DNA from: an uncultured Prevotellaceae bacterium
Lineage (GTDB): Bacteria > Bacteroidota > Bacteroidia > Bacteroidales > Muribaculaceae
Length of the DNA stretch: 64,000 nucleotides
Direction: 5' to 3'
NCBI GenBank assembly: GCA_900314215.1
Contig: OMUK01000101.1
Span: 9,830 to 73,829, forward strand
The stretch's first letter is position 1. The number at the start of each line of letters is the position of its first letter. The notes under the pieces are model-generated. The model ran no database searches. It had not been told where the DNA came from and worked only from the letters and a program-made list of their open reading frames with translations. Both the position numbers and the translations under genes were made by a program. Shown one piece after another: positions 18,771 to 28,565 of the stretch.

Positions 18771-19580
18771 ATGGAGAAAGAGCGACAAGGATATTACCGC
18801 AATCATGGCAAGGAAGAGGCGTTTTACCGCTCCTTTGTGCCCACGCCCCTGCAGGAAATCGACCTGGAGGTCGACGAGCCGATGCACACGCTCCTGCTGG
18901 CGGCCGAGCGGCGGCTCACGGGCACCGCGGGCATCGACGCGCTGGAGCAGGAAGCACGCTCGTCGGTCAACCTTGCCTATGGCGAGAGTGATATTGAGCT
19001 GAAGTTTGACTTGCTCACCATCGGCAGCCACAAGCAGGAAGATGTGGGCTATTTGCGCGATGCCATGCGATATGCGCTCGAGCGCATGCGCTACTTGCCG
19101 CTCTCGGGGCGGCTGCTCAAGGAGTTGCACGGGGTGATGATGCGCGGCCGTCACAACGAGAAGAAGTATCCCGGCGAGTTCCGCCGCTCGCCCATCTGGA
19201 TTGGGGCCGAGGGCGACACGCTCTCCACAGCCGCCTATGTGCCGCCCACGGCCGACGACATGCACGAGGCCTTCACCATGCTCGAGAAATACATCAACTA
19301 CGAGGACCACACCCATCCGCTCATCATGGCGGCACTCATCCACTACCAGTTTGAAGCCATCCACCCCTTTATCGACGGCAACGGGCGCATGGGCCGCCTG
19401 CTCGCCCTGCTTTTCCTCATCGAGCGCGGCGTGCTGCGTGGCTACTCCCTGCCCCTGTCGCACGGCCTCAACCGCAATCCCTTCAAGTACTACACCCGCC
19501 TGGCGGCCGTCGAGGTCTCGGGCGCCTACGAGCGCTGGGTGAAGTACTTCTTGCAAGCCCTCCTGTGGGGATTGAGCTGA
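18771..19580 (+). CDS. Fic-domain protein (short)
   Basis: Canonical HPFIDGNGRMGR, PGEFRRSPIWIG; start could be 18726 or 18771. Confidence 0.88.
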   Translation: MEKERQGYYRNHGKEEAFYRSFVPTPLQEIDLEVDEPMHTLLLAAERRLTGTAGIDALEQEARSSVNLAYGESDIELKFDLLTIGSHKQEDVGYLRDAMRYALERMRYLPLSGRLLKELHGVMMRGRHNEKKYPGEFRRSPIWIGAEGDTLSTAAYVPPTADDMHEAFTMLEKYINYEDHTHPLIMAALIHYQFEAIHPFIDGNGRMGRLLALLFLIERGVLRGYSLPLSHGLNRNPFKYYTRLAAVEVSGAYERWVKYFLQALLWGLS

Positions 19581-19633
19581 GCCACATGACCAGGGCGGCG
19601 AACGTAGAAAACAATTGACGATTTTGAGACTGA

Positions 19634-20836
19634 ATGATGAAAGAGAGACTTTGGAATGCTAACTACAACAAGGTGATGGTGGCCAACTTCGGCCTGTTTT
19701 TTTCGTTCTACCTGCTGGCGCCGTTGCTGCCCATCTACCTTGCCGACACCTTCCACGCCACCAAGGACGTGATAGGCGTGGTGCTTTTTGGCTACACCAT
19801 TGCCGCGCTGGTCATCAGGCCCTTCTGCGGCTTCTTTGTCGACAGTTTCAACCGCAAGCGGGTGCTGCTGGTGTGCCTGGGCGTCTACGCCCTGTTTTTC
19901 ACAAGCTATCTCGCGGCAAGTTCGTTGCTGCTCTTTGCCATCGCCCGCACCCTGCACGGCGCACCCTTCGGAGCCTCGACCGTGGCCAATTCCACCGTGG
20001 CCATCGACGTGCTCCCGCCCAGCCGCCGCAACGAGGGCATAGGCTACTACGGCCTGAGCAACAACCTGGCCACCGCCATCGCGCCCACCGTGGGCATCTT
20101 CATCTACAGCCACACCCACAACTTCAAGTATCTCTTCTGGCTCGCCCTCATCATCGCCATCGTGGGATTTGCCGCCGACAGCACCGTGCACTTGCCGGCC
20201 AAGGCGATTGTGAAAAACAAGCAGCCCCTCTCGCTCGACCGCTTCTTTCTCACGCGCGGGTGGCTGCTGGGCGTCAACGCCGCCATCTTCGGCCTGTGCT
20301 ATGGCATTTTGAGCAATTACCTGGCCATCTACGGCAAGGAGCGGCTGGGCATCGTGGGCGGCACGGGCACCTATTTCGCCTTGCTCTCGGTGGGCCTCAT
20401 CGCCTCGCGCATCGAGGGCGGCCGCTCGCTACGCAAGGGGCTGCTCGTGCACAACGCCGCCATGGGCATCGTGCTCTCGACCGTGGGCTACACGCTATTT
20501 GTAGCCTGCCCCACCCTGGCGGGCTACTACCTCTCGGCCTTCCTCATCGGGCTGGGCAACGGCCACATGTGGCCCGCCTTCCAAAACATGATCATCAACG
20601 TCGCCTACCACTACGAGCGCGGCACCGCCAATTCCACCCTGCTCACCATGTGGGACCTGGGCCAAGGCGCCGGCATCTTGTGCGGCGGCCTGGTGGCCGA
20701 GCGCTGGGGCTACACCGCCGCCTTCGTCATGATGGCTGCCATGCACGCGCTGGGGCTCTTGCTCTTCTTCCTGCACACCCGAGGCTTCTTCCTGCGCAAG
20801 AAAGCCTACATCGACTCCACCCTTGGCACTCTATGA
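19634..20836 (+). CDS. MFS transporter
   Basis: 12 hydrophobic segments, G.FVDSFNRKR motif A, RTLHG, EGIGYYG. Confidence 0.92.
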   Translation: MMKERLWNANYNKVMVANFGLFFSFYLLAPLLPIYLADTFHATKDVIGVVLFGYTIAALVIRPFCGFFVDSFNRKRVLLVCLGVYALFFTSYLAASSLLLFAIARTLHGAPFGASTVANSTVAIDVLPPSRRNEGIGYYGLSNNLATAIAPTVGIFIYSHTHNFKYLFWLALIIAIVGFAADSTVHLPAKAIVKNKQPLSLDRFFLTRGWLLGVNAAIFGLCYGILSNYLAIYGKERLGIVGGTGTYFALLSVGLIASRIEGGRSLRKGLLVHNAAMGIVLSTVGYTLFVACPTLAGYYLSAFLIGLGNGHMWPAFQNMIINVAYHYERGTANSTLLTMWDLGQGAGILCGGLVAERWGYTAAFVMMAAMHALGLLLFFLHTRGFFLRKKAYIDSTLGTL

Positions 20837-20924
20837 GTATCCGGCCGAGACCACTAGGGCCATCGTCAACCTGCTGGTGCACCGCGTGCCTGAGCGCTAT
20901 CCCAACATCAAGTTCGTCATTCCC
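20823..20924 (+). pseudogene. Relic of an amidohydrolase_2 (metal-dependent decarboxylase-like) gene
   Basis: PLALYEYPAETTRAIVNLL...RYPNIKFVIP matches the internal YEYxAETTRA...RYPNxKxVxPH segment of this family; no start, truncated at both ends. Confidence 0.65.
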
Positions 20925-21428
20925 CCAATGCCGTCCGTCCTCACTCTGGCAGCACGTCAGGCGTTGCTCTCGCGAGGCAGAGGGCAACCGGGATTACCTT
21001 CAAAATAATTCGACTGCTTTTTATCATATTCTTGCTTATACTATTCCTACCCCAAAAAACATTCTATCCACATCCTTGGCCACTGCATTTGATTTTTTCA
21101 TATGCGTGCATGACAAACCGATATCACCGTGTTCAAACCTGTTGATACCGGTTATGCCTTATTTTAGTTTTTTCTCAGCATGAAACTTGTTACTTTTAGA
21201 ACTTTGACAGATAAACACATCAACGTTTTATATCACAGCACTTTGCGTGCTGCAACATGTAGTTAATGGGCTATCGGAGTGTTCATTTAGCCCGATTCAA
21301 CAACAACCCTACCGAAAGACGGGAGACGCCGTCCCAAATCTCCACCGCAGCGCAATTGTTAAAAAATTTCACGTTTCCGAATTATCGAAAAAAATCTTTA
21401 TTTCTGAAAGAAAATATTAATGTTTTTC

Positions 21429-21460
21429 TTTGGCAATTCACTTGATTTTACATAATTTCG
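21429..21460 (+). promoter_or_regulatory. Candidate susC promoter (-33/-7)
   Basis: TTTG at 21429, 20-nt spacer, TAATTTCG at 21453 (one mismatch to TAnnTTTG); implies a leader of about 270 nt. Confidence 0.45.
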
Positions 21461-21739
21461 CGATGCGTAAGATTACGCCTAACCTCCTAACAGCATAAAC
21501 AAGCAAGCTGTGAAAAATGGGATTGCCCGCAGGGCGAGGCAATGATATTGATGCTCACACGATTTCACCCCTCAGTAGTGTTTTTCATGGAGCCATAAGA
21601 CATTTTTCAAAGAGAGATTTGGCGGCAAGTCTCGGCGTCACCTCATCGCCACAGCGCTGGCGAGGGAGGCTGTGAAAATGAATCTTTTATAAAAAGACCA
21701 TTAACTAAATAAAAATGTTTAACTAAAACCAAAACGCGT

Positions 21740-24700
21740 ATGAAAGGCAGTTCGCTCTTTTAGGAGCAATTCTCCTGGCATGTGGAACGGTGGGCACTAT
21801 CAATGCAGCCCAACCGGCTCCTCAGGTTGTGTCGAGCAATGTGGGCACAACCATCGTGAAAGGTACTGTCGTCGATGAGAAGGGTGATCCCGTGATCGGC
21901 GCCAGTGTCGTAGAACCTGGAACTACCCGCGGCACATCGACCGACATCAACGGTCACTTCTCGTTGCGGGTGAGCACCAATGCCAAGGTGCAAATCTCTT
22001 ACATCGGCTACAAGACGGTAACCCGCCCAGCCGGTGACAACATGAACATCAAGCTGGAGACCGACAACGCCCTCCTCGACGAGGTGGTGGTTGTGGGTTA
22101 CGGCCAGCAAAAGAAGGTCAACCTCACTGGCGCAGTAGCCAACGTTGACCTCGACAAGACGCTCACCTCTCGTCCTGAGCAAGATGTGACCAAGGCACTG
22201 CAAGGCGCTGTGCCCGGCCTCACCATCCTCAACACCAGTGGTGATATCAACAGTGAGCCTACCATCCAAATACGTGGCGTGGGCTCCCTCAACGGCAACG
22301 GCGCTCCCCTCATCGTGGTCGACGGCGTACCTACCGACGACCTGTCGATGATCAACGGCGAGGACATCGCCACAATCTCGGTGCTCAAGGATGCAGCATC
22401 ATCGTCGATCTACGGTACCCGTGCAGCCTTTGGTGTGATCCTGATCACCACCAAGCAGGCCAAGAAGGGTGACCGCGTGAGTGTGAAGTACAGCAACAAC
22501 TTCGCTTGGGACCAGGCTACCTACCTGCCCGACTTCCCCGACGTGCCCACCCAGCTGACGGCAGCCCTCGAGGCTAAGGCCCGCGCAGGCAGTGGCTCGG
22601 TCGAGCTCTTCGGTATGTACTTCGACAAGTTGCTCCCCTACGCTCAGGCTTGGAAGGAACAACACGGCGGCAAGAAGGGCTACGGCCCCATGCAGCCCTA
22701 CGAGAGCATGGACAACGTGGGTGACTACTACTTCAATGGCAACCAACCCCTGTACTATGCCGACTACGACATACAAGACATCTGGTACAACAACGCAGCT
22801 CCATCGCAGACTCACGACATCTCGGTGACTGGCTCGAGCGGCCGCACCACCTATTACCTGGACTTCGGCTACAACTACAAGGAAGACCAGATGAACTTCA
22901 ACCCCGCCAAGCGCAAGCGCTACAACGCTACTGTGAACCTGCAAACCGACCTCACCGACTGGCTCACTGTGGGTGCCCGCGTGAACTTCACGCGCCGCCA
23001 CTTCAGCCGTGCCGATGCCTGGAGCAACATGTACCAGTACATATGGCGCTGGGGCTCGTTCTTCGTGCCTAGCGGCACTATCAACGGTCTCGACACCCGC
23101 TTCATCGCTATGCAGAAGCAAGCTGCCCGCAAGCAGGTGACCAACGACAACACCCGCCTGAACGGCTGGTTGCGCGCCAACATCACCAAGAATCTGACCC
23201 TGAACGCCGACTTTACCTATACGATAGGCAACATGAACAGCCACAGCAGTGACTTCACCGTGCGCGGCTACAACTGGAGCGGCGTTACTCCTCAAAACAT
23301 TGTGGGCCAAAGCAGCACCGACACTTGGCGCGACAATGGCAAGACCAACACTTGGGTTGCCAATGCCTACCTCACCTATCAAAACACCTGGAACGATGCT
23401 CACAACCTGAGCGTGATGCTGGGTGTGAACGGCGAGGATATGAAATATGACTACTTCTATGCTCAGAAGCCCGAGCTCTACTCGCAAAACTATGAAGACC
23501 TGGGCCTCACCTATGGCGACCGCTCGAAGTGGGCTATCAACAACGGCACCAACGACCGCGCTTCGGCTGGCTACTTCGGCCGTATCAACTACGACTACAA
23601 GGGCACCTACCTGGTTGAGCTCAATGGCCGCTACGACGGTTCTTCTCGCTTCCCCAAGGGCGACAAGTGGGCATTCTTCCCCAGCTTCTCTCTGGGCTGG
23701 CGTTTCAGCCAGGAAGCCTTCTGGGAGAGCATTCGCGACAAGGTGAGCAACGGCAAGCTGCGCTTCTCCTATGGCGAAATCGGCAATGAGGATGTGGGCT
23801 CAAGCTGGCCCTACATCTCGACGCTCGACGTGATCAGCGAGAGCAATGTGCACTGGCTCAACTCCAGCGGCTCTAAGGTGAACGAGTTTGGCATGCCCGA
23901 GTGGGTATCGTCGAGCCTCACCTGGGAGCGCATCAAGACCCTCGACGTGGGTCTCGACCTGGGCCTGTTCAACGACATGGTGACCATGGGCTTCGACTGG
24001 TATCAGCGCACCACCAAGGACATGCTCGCTCCTGGTAGCGCAGTGCCTGCATCGGTGGGCGCAAGCGCACCTATGGGCAACGGCGGCAAGCTGCGCACTC
24101 GCGGTTGGGAACTCAACCTGAGCTGGCGCAAGCAGTTCAACAAGGACCTGGGCGCTTATGTAACCTTCAACCTGGCCGACAGCAAGAGCAAAGTCACCAA
24201 GTGGGACAACGACAAGAACATAGGTCACCCGCTGAGCACCGCCTACGCTTATGAGGGCGAGACTTGGGGCGACATCTGGGGCTTTGAGACCGACCGCTAC
24301 TTCACCGAGGCCGACTTCAAGGGCAAGAATGCCGATGGCAGCTGGATCTATGCCGACGGCGTAGCCGACCAGACCGGCCTGCAGAACAACCAGTTTGTAT
24401 ACGGCCCTGGCGACATCAAGTTCAAGGACCTCAACGGCGACGGCGTGATCGACGGCGGTAAGGGTACGGCCGACGACCATGGCGACCTCAAGGTGATAGG
24501 CAACTGCCTGCCACGCTATGAGTACAGCTTCCACCTGGGCGGCAACTACCGCGGCTTCGACCTCGACCTCTTCTTCCAGGGCGTGGGCAAGCGCAAGCAA
24601 TGGACCACCTCGGCCTTCATGTCGCCTGAGATGCGTGAGAGCGACCTCGCCATCTACGACCACCAGACCAGCTACAACCGCTACCTGCCCGACCAGGGCA

Positions 24701-25080
24701 TTGTGGACATCAGCGAGAGCAACGACTTCCCAGTGCTCTATCCTGGCAACGACGGTGCCGGCACTGTTTCGGCTCTGGCTGCCGAGGGCGGCTGCCACAA
24801 CTTCTACCCACAGAGCAAGTATATCATCGACATGAGCTACCTGCGCCTCAAGAACGTGACCCTGGGCTACACCCTGCCCATGGAGCTCACCAAGAAGGCC
24901 TACATCCAGAAACTTCGCATCTATGCCAGCGTCAACAACCTGTGCCTGCTTCACAAGGGCTCGGGCGACCTGCCCATCGATCCTGAAATCAACACCGGCC
25001 AAGGCGCTGCCTATGGTGGCTGGGGCCGTACCTACCCCATCACCCGCAGGTGGTCGTTCGGCTTGCAGCTCACATTCTAA
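21740..25080 (+). CDS. susC: SusC/RagA TonB-dependent outer-membrane transporter with a 1-nt frameshift at 21743-21745
   Basis: LDEVVVVGYG.QKK.NLTGAV, ISVLKDAASSSIYGTRAAFGVILITTK, YDGSSRF, C-terminal F; adding one A after ATGAAA gives the signal peptide MKRQFALLGAILLACGTVGTINA in frame. Confidence 0.93.
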
Positions 25081-25117
25081 TTTATCTTAATCACAAGGAT
25101 TTAAATATTTCGCTAAT

Positions 25118-26815
25118 ATGAAAAAGTCAATTTTATATATGCTGGGTGCTTCACTGCTGGTGCTCGCGAGCTGCGACGACATGCTCGACAAGTCGCCCCG
25201 CTCTGAGTTCTCCAATGATCCAAGTTTCTGGAGCAACGAGAACCAAGTGCTCACCTATAGCAACAAAATGTATGAGGACTACGCCGGCTATGGCTACGGT
25301 GGCAATGGCGGCTGGTTCTACTTCAAGAGCTTGAGCGACGACCAGGCCAACCCGAACTTCGACAACTGGACGTTCACCTCGGTTCCCAACACGTCGTCGT
25401 ACTGGAGCAGCGGCTTCACCGAGATACGCCGTTGCAACTACATGATCAATGGTCTGGCCTCGTCGTCAATGGCAGCCAGCACTCGCAACAACTACATGGC
25501 TATCGCACGCCTCAACCGCGCTTGGCAATACTTCCAGCTCGTGCGCGAGTATGGCGACGTGCAATGGCAAAGCCAGGTGATTCTTGATCCTAACGCAGCC
25601 GAAGTGAAAGGCCCACGCACCGATCGCGACGTGGTGATGGACAGCGTGCTGGCCGACCTCGACTATGCTATCGCCAATCTGGCTACCACTAGCGCCGACA
25701 ACGCTTGGAGCAAGGATATGGCTCTGGCTATGAAGAGCGACGTGTGCCTCTTTGAGGGCACCTATTGCAAGTATCGCACCCAGGCCGAGAACGGCAAGGC
25801 TCCCGATGAGACCCGTGCTCAACGCTACCTGAAGGAGTGCGTCGACGCCAGCGAGCAACTCATCAACAGCGGCCGCTACACGCTGAGCGCCAACTATGGC
25901 GATGTGTACAACAGCCTCGACCTGAGCCAAAATAGCGAAGTCATCTTCTGGCGCAACTATGCCAAGGATGTGCAAGGCCACAGCACCGTCGACTACACCA
26001 CGGGCTCTACCACTCAACGTGGTATCACCAAGGACGCTGTCGACGCCTTCCTGTTCCGCGATGGCAAGCCTCTGGCTACCACTACGCTCAACACCGACGA
26101 CAAGGCCGTGAAAAATGACGATGGCAACTACTCGATCAGCAAGATGCTTGCCAACCGCGACAAGCGCCTGAGCGTGATTGTAGACTCTATCGTGTGCTTC
26201 AAGGGCCATGGCTGGAGCCGTGGCGGCAAAACTGCCGAGATGACCTCGAGCACGGGCTACACGATCGCAAAATACGACAACCTGAACATGGGTACCGAGA
26301 ACCCCACCCTCTACCGCAACGGTATTGGCTCGGGCTACACCGACGCTCCTATCTACTGGCTCGCCGTGATTTATCTGAACGATGCTGAGGCTAAGGCCGA
26401 ACTGGGCACAATCACGCAAACCGACCTCGACGCTACCATCAATAAGCTCGAGGCTCGCGCTGGCCTGCCCGATCTTACTACCGCTCCCGCTGCCGACCCA
26501 GCCAACAACCAGGGCGTGAGCAACCTGCTGTGGGAGATACGCCGCTGCCGTCGTTGCGAACTCATGACCGACAACTGGTATCGCTACTGGGATCTCGTGC
26601 GCTGGCACCAGCTCGACAAGCTCGACAGCAGCAAGTATCCTAACATCAACCTGGGCGCTAACCTGAGCAAAGTAACGGACTGCGAGGTTGACCTCAATGG
26701 CGGCTACGCTGTAGCAAGCGCCGCAACCCGCACTTGGAACGCTCGCAACTACTTCTTCCCAGTGCCTCAGAGCCAAAGCACGCTGAGTGGCAACACCCAG
26801 AATCCTGGTTGGTGA
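25118..26815 (+). CDS. susD: SusD/RagB nutrient-binding lipoprotein
   Basis: Lipobox LASC, ARLNRAWQYFQLVREYGDV, AEAKAEL, EIRRCRRCEL, RYWDLVRW, QNPGW. Confidence 0.95.
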   Translation: MKKSILYMLGASLLVLASCDDMLDKSPRSEFSNDPSFWSNENQVLTYSNKMYEDYAGYGYGGNGGWFYFKSLSDDQANPNFDNWTFTSVPNTSSYWSSGFTEIRRCNYMINGLASSSMAASTRNNYMAIARLNRAWQYFQLVREYGDVQWQSQVILDPNAAEVKGPRTDRDVVMDSVLADLDYAIANLATTSADNAWSKDMALAMKSDVCLFEGTYCKYRTQAENGKAPDETRAQRYLKECVDASEQLINSGRYTLSANYGDVYNSLDLSQNSEVIFWRNYAKDVQGHSTVDYTTGSTTQRGITKDAVDAFLFRDGKPLATTTLNTDDKAVKNDDGNYSISKMLANRDKRLSVIVDSIVCFKGHGWSRGGKTAEMTSSTGYTIAKYDNLNMGTENPTLYRNGIGSGYTDAPIYWLAVIYLNDAEAKAELGTITQTDLDATINKLEARAGLPDLTTAPAADPANNQGVSNLLWEIRRCRRCELMTDNWYRYWDLVRWHQLDKLDSSKYPNINLGANLSKVTDCEVDLNGGYAVASAATRTWNARNYFFPVPQSQSTLSGNTQNPGW

Positions 26816-26875
26816 TAATCACCCATAGCCAGGCGCCTGTGGCCACATGACCACTGCACCTGAGCAAAGCCAACA

Positions 26876-26921
26876 AGGCCGCCGAAACCTACACAATGAG
26901 GTTCCGGCGGCCTTAGTTTTT
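26876..26921 (+). terminator. Intrinsic terminator of susCD
   Basis: AAGGCCGCCGAAACCT / AGGTTCCGGCGGCCTT stem plus T run. Confidence 0.8.
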
Positions 26922-26974
26922 CCCATCAATGCTCCACCACCAAATTTTGAAGTCGGTTTTGACATTATCGACTA

Positions 26975-27490
26975 GCAGGGTGCGGCCCTTGTGGCCGCCC
27001 GCGCGACACGATTGCAACATTGCTTTTAATCCCATGCCCAAGGTGGTCGAGCGAGGGGAAATCGCTCCATTCGCTTTGCTCATTGCGCTCATTCCCTCGC
27101 TAGTATACCGCAATACCCTATCGGACATTGCCTTGCAGCCACATTGCTCATAGCCTCCGCTCCTGCCCGCTACCGCGCTGCAATGCCACATGCCACAATG
27201 CAGGGTGCGGCCCTTGTGGCCGCCCGCACGCGGTGCTGCCAGTGGGTAATCCTTGCAAAATCTCTATGCGATGCAACCAAGTGGCATCGAACGGAACAAT
27301 AACGAAACAATAACGGGTCAACAACGGGACAATGAGGACGGCCACAAGGGCCGCACCCTGCCAGTCACACACACGTGGTTGACCTGTAGGGGCCGGTCTT
27401 GTGCCGACTCAAAACAATGTTATTCCATATTTTGCTAATAATCAAATAATTGCAACCGCATTTGTGAGCCACCACAAGATCGGCCCCTAC
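26975..27490. repeat. Cluster of five REP-like palindromes (three REP-A, two REP-B) including two inverted doublets
   Basis: GCAGGGTGCGGCCCTTGTGGCCGCCC at 26975 and 27200, inverted copy at 27336-27361; GTAGGGGCCG(G/A)TCTTGTG at 27386 and inverted at 27467-27490. Confidence 0.85.
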
Positions 27491-27570
27491 AATTCGGTAT
27501 AACCATGGTGGTCGTCACTGCCCACGCGTAGGGTATAACAAGGGCTCGGGCAGGGAGCTGGGGAAAAAAC

Positions 27571-27624
27571 GGGGAGGCAAGCACCTGGGGGCGCATGCAA
27601 TGACGCGCGGGTGGTTGCCTCCCC
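27571..27624. terminator. Long hairpin downstream of the TIM-barrel gene
   Basis: GGGGAGGCAA / TTGCCTCCCC arms; T run on the minus strand at 27564-27569. Confidence 0.55.
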
Positions 27625-27671
27625 TGTAAGGTTTATACTAATGGATGGGGAGAAGGCTTTAAGCCTTTATT

Positions 27672-28511
27672 TTACTTGCGGTTGCCGGGGATAGCCTTGA
27701 AAGCGGCGGCCTGGGCAGTCATGCCGCGCTCCGAAGCCAGACGCTCAATCGACGATGCGCCAAAGAAGCCGTCGAGCTCAGGCACGTTCTTGATCACATA
27801 GGCAGCGTCCTCGGGGTCGGCGATAGGACCGCCGTGGCATATCACCATCACATCGGGATTCACCTCGCGGCCGGCCTTGATGATCTCGCGTATCTTCACG
27901 AGGCAGTCGTCGAGCGTGACGGCAGTCTCGGCACCAATCGAACCCTTGGTAGTGAGGCCCATGTGAGCCACGAGGCAGTCGGCACCGGCAGCAGCCATGG
28001 CGCGGGCCTGGTCGGGATCAAACACATAGGGGCAGGTCACCATGTCGAGTTCATGGGCGATGCGCACCATCTCAACCTCGAGGCCGTAGCCCATGCCAGT
28101 CTCTTCCAGGTTGGCGCGGAACTTGCCGTCGATCAAGCCCACGGTTGGGAAGTTCTGCACGCCGTTGAAGCCCTGATCCTTGAGCTGGCGCAGGAAGATG
28201 TGCATGTCGCGGAAGGGGTCGGTGCCGTTCACGCCGGCGAGCACAGGGGTCTTCTTCACGATAGTGAGCACTTCCTGACCCATCTCTTGCACAATCTTGT
28301 TGGCGTCGCCATAGGCCAGCAAGCCCGAGAGTGAGCCGCGGCCAGCCATGCGGAAGCGGCCCGAGTTGTAGATGATGAGCATGTCGACACCAGCTTTCTC
28401 CGAGCACTTGGCGGTGATACCGGTTCCGGCACCCACACCCACGAGGATTTTACCACTTTCTACTTGTTTCTTGAAGTTTGCGAGAATTTCTTTTCTTGTT
28501 GCGCGATACAT
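27672..28511 (-). CDS. PEP-hydrolase-like TIM-barrel protein (TIM-br_sig_trns family)
   Basis: GAGTGITAK, IIYNSGRFRMAGRGSL.GLLAYGDAN, GVNGTDPF, GVQNFPTVGL.DG.FR..LEETGMGY, HGGPI, GFFGASS.ER. Confidence 0.92.
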   Translation of the reverse strand: MYRATRKEILANFKKQVESGKILVGVGAGTGITAKCSEKAGVDMLIIYNSGRFRMAGRGSLSGLLAYGDANKIVQEMGQEVLTIVKKTPVLAGVNGTDPFRDMHIFLRQLKDQGFNGVQNFPTVGLIDGKFRANLEETGMGYGLEVEMVRIAHELDMVTCPYVFDPDQARAMAAAGADCLVAHMGLTTKGSIGAETAVTLDDCLVKIREIIKAGREVNPDVMVICHGGPIADPEDAAYVIKNVPELDGFFGASSIERLASERGMTAQAAAFKAIPGNRK

Positions 28512-28565
28512 AGTTGTAATAATTTTAAGTTGTTGATTTATGATTGATTAGTTAGATGTTCTCAG

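Noticed and set aside
21008-21420. Pseudogene in the AT-rich stretch before susC
   Set aside because: Manual translation of several frames gave no recognisable protein similarity
21460-21740. Known riboswitch (cobalamin, TPP, SAM-II) in the susC leader
   Set aside because: No recognisable consensus elements; kept only as an unassigned structured-leader candidate
21790-21792. GTG at 21790 as the true susC start
   Set aside because: It would remove the signal peptide needed for an outer-membrane protein; the upstream ATG at 21740 with a 1-nt shift explains the sequence better
26916-27670. RAYT/IS200 transposase or small protein genes among the REPs
   Set aside because: The short ORFs here lack HUH/Y1 motifs and coding-like composition
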